Of a DNA stretch of 64,000 bases, positions 1 to 11,007 are shown in pieces (positions within the stretch are counted from its first letter, which is position 1; each line of letters begins with the position of its first letter). The notes under the pieces were generated by a model. The model searched no databases. It was given only the letters and a program-made list of their open reading frames with translations, and was not told the DNA's origin. The position numbers and the translations under genes are program-made. This DNA comes from Balanoglossus misakiensis (taxonomy: Eukaryota > Animalia > Hemichordata). The stretch spans positions 1 through 64,000 of the forward strand of contig JBECUI020000025.1 of NCBI GenBank assembly GCA_040954595.2, in the 5' to 3' direction.

Positions 1-573
1 TGTTGTTCACTAACACGGGCATCAGTTGCAATAATTTTTTACAATGCCGTAGGCATCTGTAATTGCTGTCGGTTCGGGAGTAGTAACAATAATCGTTTCA
101 TCGGATGCTGAAATAAACGAAATAACATTTCTTGTTACTCCAGCACTGAGATCGATAATAATAATATCTGCAAAGGAAAGATTAACAAGCTCATGAAATA
201 TCCTGTCTCGATCTTCCTCTCCAAGGTTTGCTATCTTGGAAAACCCTGAAGCCCCAGCAATAATTTGTAACCCAAAATCGGTTTTAATAAGGACATCATT
301 GAGCCCTTTTTGTTTACGAATAAGATGGTATAAGTTGAATTCCGGCACGACCCCAAGCACAACATTAACATTCGCAAGCCCGAAGTCAGCATCCATAAGA
401 ACAACGCGCAAGCCATGTGCCGCAAGTGAAAGAGCAAGATTGGCAGAAATATTGGTTTTTCCAACACCCCCTTTACCGCTGGCCACTGTAATAATACGTG
501 TCTGCTTCTGCGGTAAGGCTTGGACTTCTTGTGTTTTCATGAATTCTCGTAATGCATGTGCTTGATCTGCCAT
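1..573 (-). CDS. flhG: Flagellar number regulator FlhG (MinD-like ATPase); runs off the window; apparent +1 frameshift near nt 35-40
   Basis: Deviant Walker A SGKGGVGKT, DADFGLAN and TPEPTAITDAY motifs; follows flhF. Removing one A from the A-run restores VKIIATD and an open frame to the window edge. Confidence 0.92.
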
Positions 574-589
574 AATGGAAGTCCTTTGC

Positions 590-1758
590 CTACTCCTTCT
601 TTTCTAATATCGACATAATATCTTCGTACTGTACAGAAAATCCTTCCAAGCCGGGAAAGAATGGGCGACAATTTTGCTTCTTCAATATCTTGCGGAACTT
701 TCTGACCAGTACTAAAGTAACATAAAGGTTTCTCATAACAAGAGATTGCACTAATGACATTGCCGACACAATGCGTTTCGTCCAGCTTGGTGAGAATAAT
801 TGCATGGGGAGAAAAGGAATCAAACCTGTCGTATTATTTCGTGCATATCACCGGTTTTAGTAGTAGCCGATATACAGAGTACAACCGTTGCATGACGTAC
901 AACATCCTTGAGGAAGGTCTGCATTTCTGCAATGTTTACAAAGTCCAAAGGACCACGACCAATCGTATCAACAAAAACAGCATCCAATTCATCCGAACGC
1001 CGCAATGCTTGCTGAAATTCTTCACGCGTTTCTACAGCTTCAACCAGGTATGTTCATAATATCGCCGTAGATTGCTATTTGTTCCCTTGCACCAATTCGG
1101 TAGCTGTCTAGGGTGATGATCCGAACATGTTTTGTCTCTTCGCCCATGACTCCGTACATGGCAGCAAGTTTTGCAATAGTTGTTGTCTTGCCGACACCGG
1201 TAGGACCAATAAGAATGAAGACATTATTTTTTTTCCCAAGTGCAATATGTCGTACGTTAATAGACTGCGAAATCCAAAAGAGAACCTTCTTCTCTATCTC
1301 TTCGAGATTGTCCAGTTCTGCCAATGAACATTCCGCACCGATCCGCTGTAAGATTGCATCAATGTATTCCATAGAAAACTCATTCTTCCGCAGCAAGGTC
1401 TCAATATGTTTCAGCGTATTATGTGGCTCGTGAATGGAAAACTGCATGGTACGTTCGGCACTCTCTGTAATCTTTTCCTTCAGTTCACCAATTTCTTTAA
1501 GAACGTCTTTCATAACGCTATCGACATCTATATTGTTTCTCATAGCAAGAATTTTTTGCTGTTCAATATTGGCTTGCTGAGAAGTATCGTCCCTCTTACG
1601 TAGCATGTTAGCTCGACTCTGCGTTTTGCAAAGAGCCCCAAGACCCCTCCAGTAGAAAATTCCCTGCTTGATATCACCTGTGCTCTATCACCATACTTTC
1701 TGCGAATAGTTTCGCGCACCGTATACTCATCGGAACCTTGCTCAGTAAAAAAACTCAT
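590..1758 (-). CDS. flhF: Flagellar SRP-type GTPase FlhF, split by about 4 single-base indels (likely sequencing errors)
   Basis: Fragments carry GGVLGLF, GPTGVGKTTTIAKLAA, DSYRIGAREQ and DTIGR; TKLDET and GQKVPQDI appear in a shifted frame; position between flhA and flhG. Confidence 0.9.
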
Positions 1759-3836
1759 GTAACTACCTCTTGTTCAACTGTGCTTTCTATGCTGGCAATG
1801 GGCATTATCTGTATACCCGGTGCTATCTCGGTAACAGCCCAGCACGACTAATTTCGGGAACATTCTATACGTAATCGCTCGTACAAGCGGACGGGCCTCT
1901 TCAGAACAAAACAATACCAACTGTCTTCTACTTGATTTGAGCACTTCGACATTCGATTCAATACCTGCTATAAAACTGCGCAACTCATCGGGTGGTAAGG
2001 AAGTCTCAACACCAGTCGGTGTTTCCCTGCGTAACTCGACAATACGTCGCTCAAGGAAGGGATCTATTCGAATAACCTGTATAGTCTTTTGCTCATCGGC
2101 ATACTGCATACTAATTTGCCGTCCAAGTGCCTTCCGTACCTTTTCAATGAGGTACCAAACAGTTTTATTGATGCTTGCATAATCAGCCATTGTTTCAAAA
2201 ATAGTAACTATGTTGCGAATTGATACCTGTTCACGTAACAAACCCTGTAAGACCTTCTGTATCTCGCCAATAGCAAATAACTTCTGTATTTCTTCCACAA
2301 CAGCAGGATAATTCTCTTTCAGTGATTCCAGCATTGTACGAACTTCCTGCCTGCCAAGAATGTCGGCCGAATGGATTCTGATAATAGAAGTTAAATGAGT
2401 TACTATGATTGTCTCAGGATCGATAATTGAGTATCCCGCACGCTCTGCTTCTCGGCGTTGTTCTTCCGTAATCCACCTCGCAGGCAGTTCATAGGTAGGA
2501 TCGGTTGTTGCTTCCCCCGCAATCTCTTCCTTCACGTGGTTTGTGTTCACCGCAAGGTAGGAACCAATACGCAATATATATGTTCCAACCTCCTCCCCCC
2601 TGATCTTAATTGAATACTGCGATGCCTGTAAGGAGAGGTTATCAATAATTCTGATCCGTGGAACAACCAATCCTAAATCAAAGGCTGCTTCACGACGAAT
2701 ATTGGTTACACGATCAAGAAGATTGGCATCTTGCGTCTTGTCGACAAGTGATACAAGTGCAAATCCAATCTCCAGAGATATCGGATCAAGGGGAGCAATC
2801 GCCTCCGGTTCTCGTACCTGCTGCTCTGGTGCCGCCGCTTCATCAGCTTGCTTCTGTGCAAAGCCAACCTTCCGCGTTAACTGATATCCTGCATATGCAG
2901 ACAGCAATGCTAATGGAAGAAGCACATACCATGGAAATCCAGGTAAAAAACGCAAGAACCGCAAGAAATGCCGCTGCTATCCAGTAGATACGACCCTCTC
3001 GGGTAAACTGCTGCCCCACGTCCTCGCCAAAACTTCCATCGGAAATTGCTCGCGTAACAATAAGACCGGTTGCCGTCGACACTAAGAGTGCCGGCATTTG
3101 AGAGACAAGACCATCACCAATGCTTAATGCAACATAGGTCGACAGTGCCGTCGCAAAGGTCTCTTGATGAATTGTTACTCCAACAATAATACCACCAATA
3201 ACGTTCACAAGGGTAATTAAAATACCAACCTTAACGTTCCCCGAGACGAACTTCGAAGCTCCGTCCATGGCTCCATAGAAATCCACCTCCCGCTCCAGTG
3301 CAACTTTTCGTTTTGCCAATTCTTTTTCATCGAGCAAACCCGTATTGTATTCAGCCTCTATCGCCATTTGTTTACCGGGTAGTGAATCAAGGGTAAAACT
3401 GCAGCAACCTCAGCAACACGAGTCGTACCTTTCGTGATAACAATAAACTGTACCGCAATAAGAATGGCAAAGATAATAAAACCAATAACCAATCCGGCCG
3501 CCCCATCGCTACTCACAACGAAACTACTGAATGAGCGGATAATTCTTCCATCAAATGCACTGCCTGTGACAGGATGAGTCGGGTAGATGAAACATTCAAT
3601 GCTAAGCCAAAGACCGTGCTGACTAAGAGAATGGTCGGAAAAACCGAGAAATCGACTGCATTCTTTGTATAGAGCACAAGCAGAACCACTACTAAACTAA
3701 AAGTAATATTGAATGCCATAAGAGCATCCAGTAAAAACGTCGGGAGTGGAATAATCAGCATCATAATGACAAAGACTACTGCCACCGCAACAATAATGTC
3801 GCTTCTAAACCGAAATATACTCATGAAACCTGCCAT
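1755..3836 (-). CDS. flhA: Flagellar export gate protein FlhA, split by about 4 single-base indels
   Basis: FPTILL..LALNVSSTRLIL, DFYGAMDGASKFVSG, SIGDGLVSQMPALL, LGRQEV and LLREQVSIRN motifs; the corrected stop overlaps the flhF ATG (ATGA). Confidence 0.93.
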
Positions 3837-3838
3837 AT

Positions 3839-4991
3839 CTATACCCTTTCCCTCATTCTCATGCTGTAAACTTCCTTGAGCACCGCTACCATTGCTTCAT
3901 AGTACTTTGTGGGAATGACATCACCGACGTCTACATCCGCATACAATCCTCGTGCTAAGGGTTTGTTTTCAATAATAGGAATATTGTGTTCCTTTGCAAT
4001 TTCACGGATTCGCTTGGCCTGCTCATCTCTTCCTTTTGCAGTTACCATCGGTGATTCCATGCTCCTGCTATCGTATTCCAGTGCAACCGCATAATGGGTC
4101 GGGTTGGTAACAACCACATCCGCAACCGGAACCTTCTGATTTATATTCTGTGAAAGAAGTTGCTGCATTCGCTGACGTAAACGACTACGTACCTGCGGAT
4201 TTCCTTCTTCGGTTTTTCGTTCCTCTTTGACCTCCTGTCGGGTCATTTTGAGTTGTTCCCTATGCTGTCTTCTCTGAAACATGTAGTCAAAAAGAGAAAA
4301 TACAAAGAGTACAAGAGATGATTGCATCATCAATATAAAAACAATCCGGGCAGTCTCAGTAACATTGGCAAGAACAGGATTATGCAGGAAGCCCACAAGA
4401 TGATTAATATTAGTCATAATGTTTAAGTAGCAGAGAAACATAATGGCACCAATTTTCAAAAGGTGGTTCCGAGTTTATACAAACCCTCCGATGAAAGCAG
4501 CATTCGCTGAAAATACCGCCCAAAATGCGGAACTATCTTTGTGAAATCCGGTATGATCGGTTTGACTGAGAAGTTAAACCCGACCTGTAGTATATTGCCT
4601 AATAGAGCAGCGATAAGCGCCCCCAAAAGTATCGGAAGGGTGAGATCAACAAAGTATCGATAGGATACGGACCAGAGCATCGATGTTTCGGTTACAGGAT
4701 CAATGGTCGTCGCTGATTGAATAAAAAAACTGGTCATCTCCATCATGGACGTTAGAAACGTATGCCCAAGATTGCAAGGATAATTAACGCAACAAAGAGA
4801 ACCAAAACAGCCGGAAGTTCAGGTGTTCTCGCAACCTTACCTTCTTCGCGTGCCTTGGCAACTTTACGAGCAGTTGCCTCTTCCGTGCGTCCCTCGTCTT
4901 CAGCTGCAAACCACTGAAGATCCATAGCCGCAAGTTGCCGTAAAAATTCCTGTCTATCCAGGTCCTGTCTATGCAGGTATAGTATGCCCAT
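3839..4991 (-). CDS. flhB: Flagellar export switch protein FlhB, frameshifted at about 4760 and 4460
   Basis: Spirochete-type N-terminus DLQWFAAEDEGRTEEAT; MTRQEVKEE..EGNPQVRSR; NPTH autocleavage motif. Confidence 0.93.
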
Positions 4992-5799
4992 TAATTAGTT
5001 CCCCCAAGGTTGCGTGCAAACAAGGATAACTGATCAATTCCCCACGATAAGATACCGTTGAAGAGGACATGAGTAATGCCATTGTGCCCAATAAAATGAG
5101 AAAGGCAACACCTATTGACAGGGGGAAGCCCAACAACAAAAGATTCATCTGTGGAGCTGCTTTCGCAAGAAGACCTAAGAAATCGATACAAGAAATAATG
5201 TACTGATAATAGGAAATGCAATGATCAGTGCCTGAACAAAAAGAGTTGTCAGACCATTGATAAGAAAAAATGCAAAATCGCCCGATACGTGGCAAGATCA
5301 ACAATGTTCAAGCTGTCAATAGAGGCAAGAATGCCGTTAAAGAATACCCGTTGAAAACCATGGATGGATAAGAATACAACATGGCAAAGAGGTTTAGGAG
5401 CTGTCCAATTACCGGAATCTTATCTGCGCCAGTGGAATCAAACACTTGCGACGCACTAAATCCCATGGGCATGGAGAAAAATTGACCTGCCAACTGAAAA
5501 GTCGAAAAAATAAGATTGAGAAAAAAACCAAGAATTAAACCGATCACGACCTCTCCGAGAAGAAGAAGTACAAAATCCAGCCCCGTTGCCGGTATTACTT
5601 CCGTATAGCGAGCCGCAAAACGTGCACTTGCAATAAGGGTTACCGACAAACCAAGCACAACCCGAACAAGTCCGGGAATGGCATCCGATGATAGCAGAGG
5701 CACAACAAGCATGAAGGCAAAAACCCGAGCAAAAATAAGAAAGAAGGGTACTGCGTTTTGTGCAAGTGTCTCAACGAGTAAGGAGCCGGTTGTATTCAT
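4991..5799 (-). CDS. fliR: Flagellar export protein FliR, with several single-base indels
   Basis: FFLIFARV, GEVVIGLILGF, FQLAGQFFSMPMGF and LAKAAPQMN motifs; overlaps the fliQ stop and the flhB start. Confidence 0.9.
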
Positions 5800-6065
5800 T
5801 GTGCGACCATTGGAATATACGAAAACAGTGCAGTAGTAAAACCAATCAAGCTCTGAGCCATCCATGGCCCAAGAAAAAGAAGGGTAAGAAGAATTCCCGC
5901 AATCTTAGGAACAAATGTCAAAGTCTGTTCCTGTATAGAAGTTGTTGCCTGAAAGATGGAAACAATGAGTCCAATTAATAGACCAACACCTAATAAGGGG
6001 CCTGCTATGAACAGAACTTGTATGATCGCGCCACGCGCAAATGTTACTGAAAGGGCTACATCCAT
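5796..6065 (-). CDS. fliQ: Flagellar export protein FliQ
   Basis: GLIVSIFQATTSIQEQTLTFVPK signature; about 89 aa; intact. Confidence 0.96.
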   Translation of the reverse strand: MDVALSVTFARGAIIQVLFIAGPLLGVGLLIGLIVSIFQATTSIQEQTLTFVPKIAGILLTLLFLGPWMAQSLIGFTTALFSYIPMVAQ

Positions 6066-6859
6066 CAAATACCACCAAAACTTTCGATAAGCTGTCTCGT
6101 TAAGAGAGTCCAGCCATCAACCAAAATAAACAATGCCAGTTTTATCGGAAATGAAATGATAACAGGTGGAACCATTATCATACCCATTGACATAAGTGTC
6201 GATGCAACTACCATATCTATAATATAAAAGGAATAAACAACAAAATTCCTATCTTAAACGCTGCACTGAGTTCGTGAAGAATAAATGATGGAACAAGCAC
6301 ATAGGTCGGCACCTCAGAGAGATTCTGTGGTTTTGCAAGACCCGCTATGCGCAATAAATAGCTCAATATTGGACGGATCTGCACGCAACTGACGATACAT
6401 GAATATACGAATGGGACCTTCAAAGCGAGTATAGGCCTCTGAAAGTCCGATCTCACCTGCAGAAAAAGGACGATAGGCATCCTCATAGATGGTGGTAATT
6501 GCCGGCCACATAATAAAAAGAGTCAGGAAGAGTGCTATACCCATGAGCACCTGAGTCGGTGGAACTTGCTGCAGAGAAAGCGAACGCTTAATAAAATCCA
6601 GTACAATGGCAATACGTAAAAAAGACGTAAAGAGTACAATAACAGATGGAGCCAGGGTTAAAACCGCTAAAATCAGTAATAATTGTAGGGATAGTGCTAC
6701 TTCTTGATTGGTCTCTGGTGCCCGAACGGCAAGGTCGATAAAGGGAACTTGAAAGCCTGCCTCACCTTCGAGAAGAGGACTGGCAAAATCTATTGCCGAT
6801 TGCGCAAAGAATGGCATAGTTATTGAGAGAAGCAGCAAGAAAACAAAAAACACTCTCAC
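6065..6859 (-). CDS. fliP: Flagellar export protein FliP, about 2 frameshifts
   Basis: [19 protein letters not shown] and [15 protein letters not shown] motifs; the C-terminal [20 protein letters not shown] lies in a shifted frame. Confidence 0.93.
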
Positions 6860-7442
6860 TTGAGCTGCTCCAGTTTATCAATATTGGCACGGAGAAAAGA
6901 CAGCCCCTGCGAAGATCTGTTTGCATTCTTTCGGGGAAAAGTGCCCCAAAAAATGACCGTTTTTCTTCCTTTTCTTGTTGCACCTGGAGATGCAACTCGT
7001 CAATTTCTTCTTTGTCGGTAATTTCAGCAATTAATGAGACGGATTGCTCGCTTGCTGATACAAGAAAAATGCGGTTGGCGACTTCTACCAGATGCAGTCC
7101 ACGATTTGCATAGAGATTACGCGAAGCAAGAAGGCGAATATGGTCGGAACTACCGTATTTTTGTTGTGATTTCCTAATAAATAGGAGTAATACATATATT
7201 GCAAGCGCAAATACAACTAAGATGATAACAACTCGAAATACATCGCCAATTCCGTATATCGAGGGTTGCTCTGCTTGTACATCTTCTACCGGTACAGGCG
7301 GTTCTTCCCCGTTCAAAACTAATGTTTCTTCTGGCACGCGATATAATTCAGATGGAGTAGCCTCGTCGTCTGCAACTTGCGCATTAAGGCTAATTACACC
7401 AAAGGTAATGAAAAAAAGAGTGATAAATACTATGTGTTTCAG
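6856..7442 (-). CDS. fliO: Flagellar biogenesis protein FliO/FliZ; probable CTG start; frameshift near the C-terminus
   Basis: Signal-like N-terminus, one TM helix, then LHLVEVANRIFLVSASEQSVSLIAEI; lies between fliY and fliP; SD GGGAGG 6 nt before CTG at 7442. Confidence 0.82.
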
Positions 7443-7502
7443 TGCTCTCCTCCCAATTAGAACACATGCTAATCTACAATTATGCAGATTTATATGGTTA
7501 TA

Positions 7503-7531
7503 ATTATCTATACATTTGACATACATGTCAA
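7503..7531 (-). promoter_or_regulatory. Putative sigma70 promoter for fliO..flhG, overlapped by the palindrome TTGACA-N4-TGTCAA
   Basis: TTGACA (7531-7526), 17 nt, GATAAT (7508-7503), in the roughly 110-nt fliY-fliO gap. Confidence 0.6.
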
Positions 7532-7551
7532 GTATAAATAGCTATACTGTA

Positions 7552-8577
7552 TTAAATAATTTCTGTTACACGAACTCCAAAGTTCTCGTCAATAATAACT
7601 ACCTCTCCTCGAGCAATAAGTTTTCTGTTCACTAATATATCAATGGGTTCTCCGGCAACCTTATCCAACTCAATAATGGACCTTCACCCATGCTAAGAAT
7701 ATCTCGAACCATCTTCCGTGTTCTGCCAAGCTCAACGGTCATCTCCATACTGACGTCCATAAGAAGCCCGAGATTTCCCTTGTCCTGTTCTATGCCTGAT
7801 TCCTGTAGTTGAGGAAACTGAACAGATCGAACACTTGACTGCTGCATCGGAGCCCAAAAGACATTCCGGCACCTGCAGCCGAAGACCCAAGCGCCTCAAG
7901 CGGACTGGCATCCCCCATCATTGGAGGAATATCATCGGTCGAAGGGCTGATCTGTTTTGCAACATTTGCCGAAAATACCTCGTATAAGGTGCCGATGAGT
8001 TCTTCATCTTGCATCATGTTGCTCTGCGCATATATAATGCCGTTCGCAAAGACAGGTATGGCACTTACACTTATTCTCTGTGCACGAACTGGGTCCAGCC
8101 TAACCGAACCGAATCGTGCCGATAAGCATTTGCAAGAGTCCCAGCTAACTGCTCAAAGGCTTCCTGTAATGCACCAAGTGCGGCATCGCCAATTTCTACA
8201 TCATCCATGCCCATGAAACGCGATAGCAGTTTCTGTGCATCGGGTAGGGACATGATATATGCATGCTGCTCGCGCACTGCGTTAACAAAGTCGGCTGAAA
8301 TATATATAACCTCGTTCTGTAGCGGCAGAATGTCTGCAAACATAACCTGCACATTGGCAAGTGAAAAATTATCACCAATGTTTGACCGTAACGCTGTTTC
8401 TTGGTCAGTTTGTACAGATAATAGAAATTCCCTTAGTGCGGGAACATACTGCTCATAGTCATTGCCTGCAGGCGGTGTAGTTATCGAACCCATTGCTCCC
8501 ATGCCGGGAGCAGGGCCGGAAACGCCGCCTTGAAGTAATGCGTCTATTTCTTCTTGGGATAAGGTGCCTTCACTCAT
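7552..8577 (-). CDS. fliY: Flagellar switch protein FliY/FliN (CheC-like N-domain plus FliN domain), frameshifted
   Basis: [11 protein letters not shown]-terminal peptide; [16 protein letters not shown]; ..[21 protein letters not shown] in a shifted frame. Confidence 0.9.
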
Positions 8578-9613
8578 ACTTTACCTCTGAATCCTGTGAA
8601 CTGAAAAATGTTATATCGTCGGTTGCATTCTCGCTGTCTAATAACTTTCTGATAATCTGTACTGCCAAGCGATTACCAATATAGCCCGGTCTACACTCAA
8701 ATTTTGTTTGATCTCCAACACGTAAGACCATCGGATTTTCTACCTTTGCCTTTTCAAGCCTCAGGACATCACCCTTTTTAAGAGAAAGAATATCCTGAAT
8801 ATGCACATCAGTACTGCCGACTTCTGCAATAACATTGACATCAACCATGTGCAGTTTATCTCGAAGAACGTTGAGATTCTCGCTGGTACCATGTCTACGT
8901 ATTGATGAATACCAATACTGTGCTGATAACTTGGATATAATCGGCTCAATGGTAATATAGGGGATACAGATAATCATCATGCCATCTATATCGTTTAACT
9001 TAACTTCCAACGTAACAACAACCGACATCTCTGTTGGCGGAACTATCTGCGTAAATTGTGGATTGGTCTCAATCTGCCCCAGATGTGGACGAATGTCGAC
9101 GACTTGCAACCATGTTTCCCGAATATTACCGAGTAAACGGACAATAATGCCCTCCATAACTGCCTGTTCAACATCTGTGAGTTCCCTGATGGTGTTAATG
9201 GGTTCGCCTAAGCCGCCAAAAAGACGATCAATAATTGAAAAGGTAATGGCAGAATCAATGCCTAAAATAATTGATCCCTTCAACGGTTCCATGTTAATGA
9301 TGGCTAATGTTGTAGGATTGGGAATCGATCGAATAAACTCTTCGTATGTTAGCTGATCAACCGAAGCAACATATACCTGCGTCAAACTCCGTAATTGCCC
9401 GCTGAGCGAAGTCGAAGTAAGCCGGGCAAATATTTCATGCATCATTGAAAATGTCCTGATTTGTTCCTTAGAGAATTTATCGGGACGCTTAAAATCATAG
9501 AGCTTGATACGACGAGTGTCCTGTTCAGTCTCAACTCGTTCGGTCTCAATATCACCTGAAGATATAGCAGATAGTAGCTGGTCAATTTCACCTTGCGATA
9601 ATATTTCCGTCAT
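8570..9613 (-). CDS. fliM: Flagellar switch protein FliM
   Basis: LSQGEIDQLL, YDFKRPDKFSKEQ and ETNPQF motifs. Confidence 0.97.
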   Translation of the reverse strand: MTEILSQGEIDQLLSAISSGDIETERVETEQDTRRIKLYDFKRPDKFSKEQIRTFSMMHEIFARLTSTSLSGQLRSLTQVYVASVDQLTYEEFIRSIPNPTTLAIINMEPLKGSIILGIDSAITFSIIDRLFGGLGEPINTIRELTDVEQAVMEGIIVRLLGNIRETWLQVVDIRPHLGQIETNPQFTQIVPPTEMSVVVTLEVKLNDIDGMMIICIPYITIEPIISKLSAQYWYSSIRRHGTSENLNVLRDKLHMVDVNVIAEVGSTDVHIQDILSLKKGDVLRLEKAKVENPMVLRVGDQTKFECRPGYIGNRLAVQIIRKLLDSENATDDITFFSSQDSEVKYE

Positions 9614-9633
9614 GAATACAGGCCCATTCTGCT

Positions 9634-9662
9634 ATTATAGCACAAAATTTTAATTATTGCAA
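9634..9662 (-). promoter_or_regulatory. Putative sigma70 promoter upstream of fliM
   Basis: TTGCAA (9662-9657), 17 nt, TATAAT (9639-9634), with extended -10 TGn. Confidence 0.7.
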
Positions 9663-9680
9663 TTAATTTCTTAAAATTGA

Positions 9681-10253
9681 TTAGAAATCTAGTATTTGGA
9701 ATGTATCAAATACCACCTCTCGTATTTTATTGCGCATTATTCGATTTATCTGTTCACGTAACTCGTTTTTTATCCTGATGTAGTTTTCTGCTCCGACAAG
9801 TTCAGTAGCACTGCGAGAAGCAAAATATATGCGTATTCTTTCCTTAATTTGTGGAGCTCGGCGAATAATTTCCTGTAATACGGCATCGGCAGCTACTGTA
9901 TAACCAATAACCGGCGATATAAGGAATGTTCGCCGTGGTACGTCAATAGTTGAGCCACGTATCTCGCCAAGGACACTGTACCAATCCAGCTCATCAGGTA
10001 TGTTGTCCTGAAAGACTGCTACACCCTCCGGAAGAGTACTGACACCAAGTGCATTGTTCGTCTGCAACATCTGTAAGGTAATAATAACAACCGAAACAAT
10101 AAATATTATTGCCGAGAGTATTATTAGCCCCCATTTTAGTACATCAATCAGGATTCCTGAAAAATTACCCCGCGGACGCACTGCAGATTGCTCACCCTGT
10201 GCCTCGTCGGAACCAAATTCTCCTGGTAAATCTCTATCATTTATTTCTGCCAT
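9681..10253 (-). CDS. fliL: Flagellar basal-body protein FliL
   Basis: Single TM helix and C-terminal KNELREQINRIM..IREVVF; between motB and fliM; SD GGAGG before ATG at 10253. Confidence 0.85.
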   Translation of the reverse strand: MAEINDRDLPGEFGSDEAQGEQSAVRPRGNFSGILIDVLKWGLIILSAIIFIVSVVIITLQMLQTNNALGVSTLPEGVAVFQDNIPDELDWYSVLGEIRGSTIDVPRRTFLISPVIGYTVAADAVLQEIIRRAPQIKERIRIYFASRSATELVGAENYIRIKNELREQINRIMRNKIREVVFDTFQILDF

Positions 10254-10266
10254 AATAATCCTCCGT

Positions 10267-11001
10267 TTACAAATGCCCCTCAGATAATACGACAATGTCT
10301 ACTCGCCGATTATATGCCCGTCCCTCAGCAGTAGTATTATCAAAAAGAGGAACTGTATCTGCTAATCCCATGACTTGAAATTGACTTTCATTTACATTCA
10401 AATCGCTGAGATAACGTAAAACAGATAAGGAACGTTCGGTGGATAGTTCCCAGTTCGATGTCCACTCGCCAGCGGGATCAGTGGGAAAATTATCCGTATG
10501 TCCTTCTATGCGGTACGTACTCGTGCTCAATGTAGGTTGCCCAAGAAACTGTGCTAACTTTTGCAGTATTGCACGGGACTCCTCTATGCGAAGTTCTGCA
10601 CTGGCAACATCAAAGAAAACATCGGAGGCAAGACTAATGACAAGCCCTCGCTCGTCCTGCGTAACTCGGACCTTTTGAGATCTGATCTCTGGTTCAAGGA
10701 TGGCAAATGCCTCTTTCAATGCCTTGTCAAAACTTCTGCCACGCTCTATTGAAGGAAGTGCTTCAATAGTGTTGCCCAATTCGACCAGTCGTCCCGCACT
10801 CAAGGTGTTTCCCCCAGGTTGATTGCCCAGACCTGGGAAAGAGGCGAGAATGAGCTTGAGAACATCATCATTAATTGCGGTAGTAGATACCAAAACAATA
10901 AAAAAGGTTAATAGAAGCGTAACCATGTCTCCATACGTTACCATGTACTCCGGAGCACCTCTGTCTTCTTCTTCCCTTCTTCGTTTTCTTTCCTGTGGCA
11001 T
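10267..11001 (-). CDS. motB: Flagellar stator protein MotB
   Basis: YMVTYGDMVTLLLTFF plug/TM segment; OmpA-like domain (EGHTDN, NWELSTER, NRRVDI). Confidence 0.96.
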   Translation of the reverse strand: MPQERKRRREEEDRGAPEYMVTYGDMVTLLLTFFIVLVSTTAINDDVLKLILASFPGLGNQPGGNTLSAGRLVELGNTIEALPSIERGRSFDKALKEAFAILEPEIRSQKVRVTQDERGLVISLASDVFFDVASAELRIEESRAILQKLAQFLGQPTLSTSTYRIEGHTDNFPTDPAGEWTSNWELSTERSLSVLRYLSDLNVNESQFQVMGLADTVPLFDNTTAEGRAYNRRVDIVVLSEGHL

Positions 11002-11007
11002 ATCTTT

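Noticed and set aside
1-8200. Stop-codon recoding (alternative genetic code) as the cause of the broken flagellar genes
   Set aside because: Homology resumes in different frames rather than after in-frame stops, and all three stop codons end intact genes elsewhere in the window.
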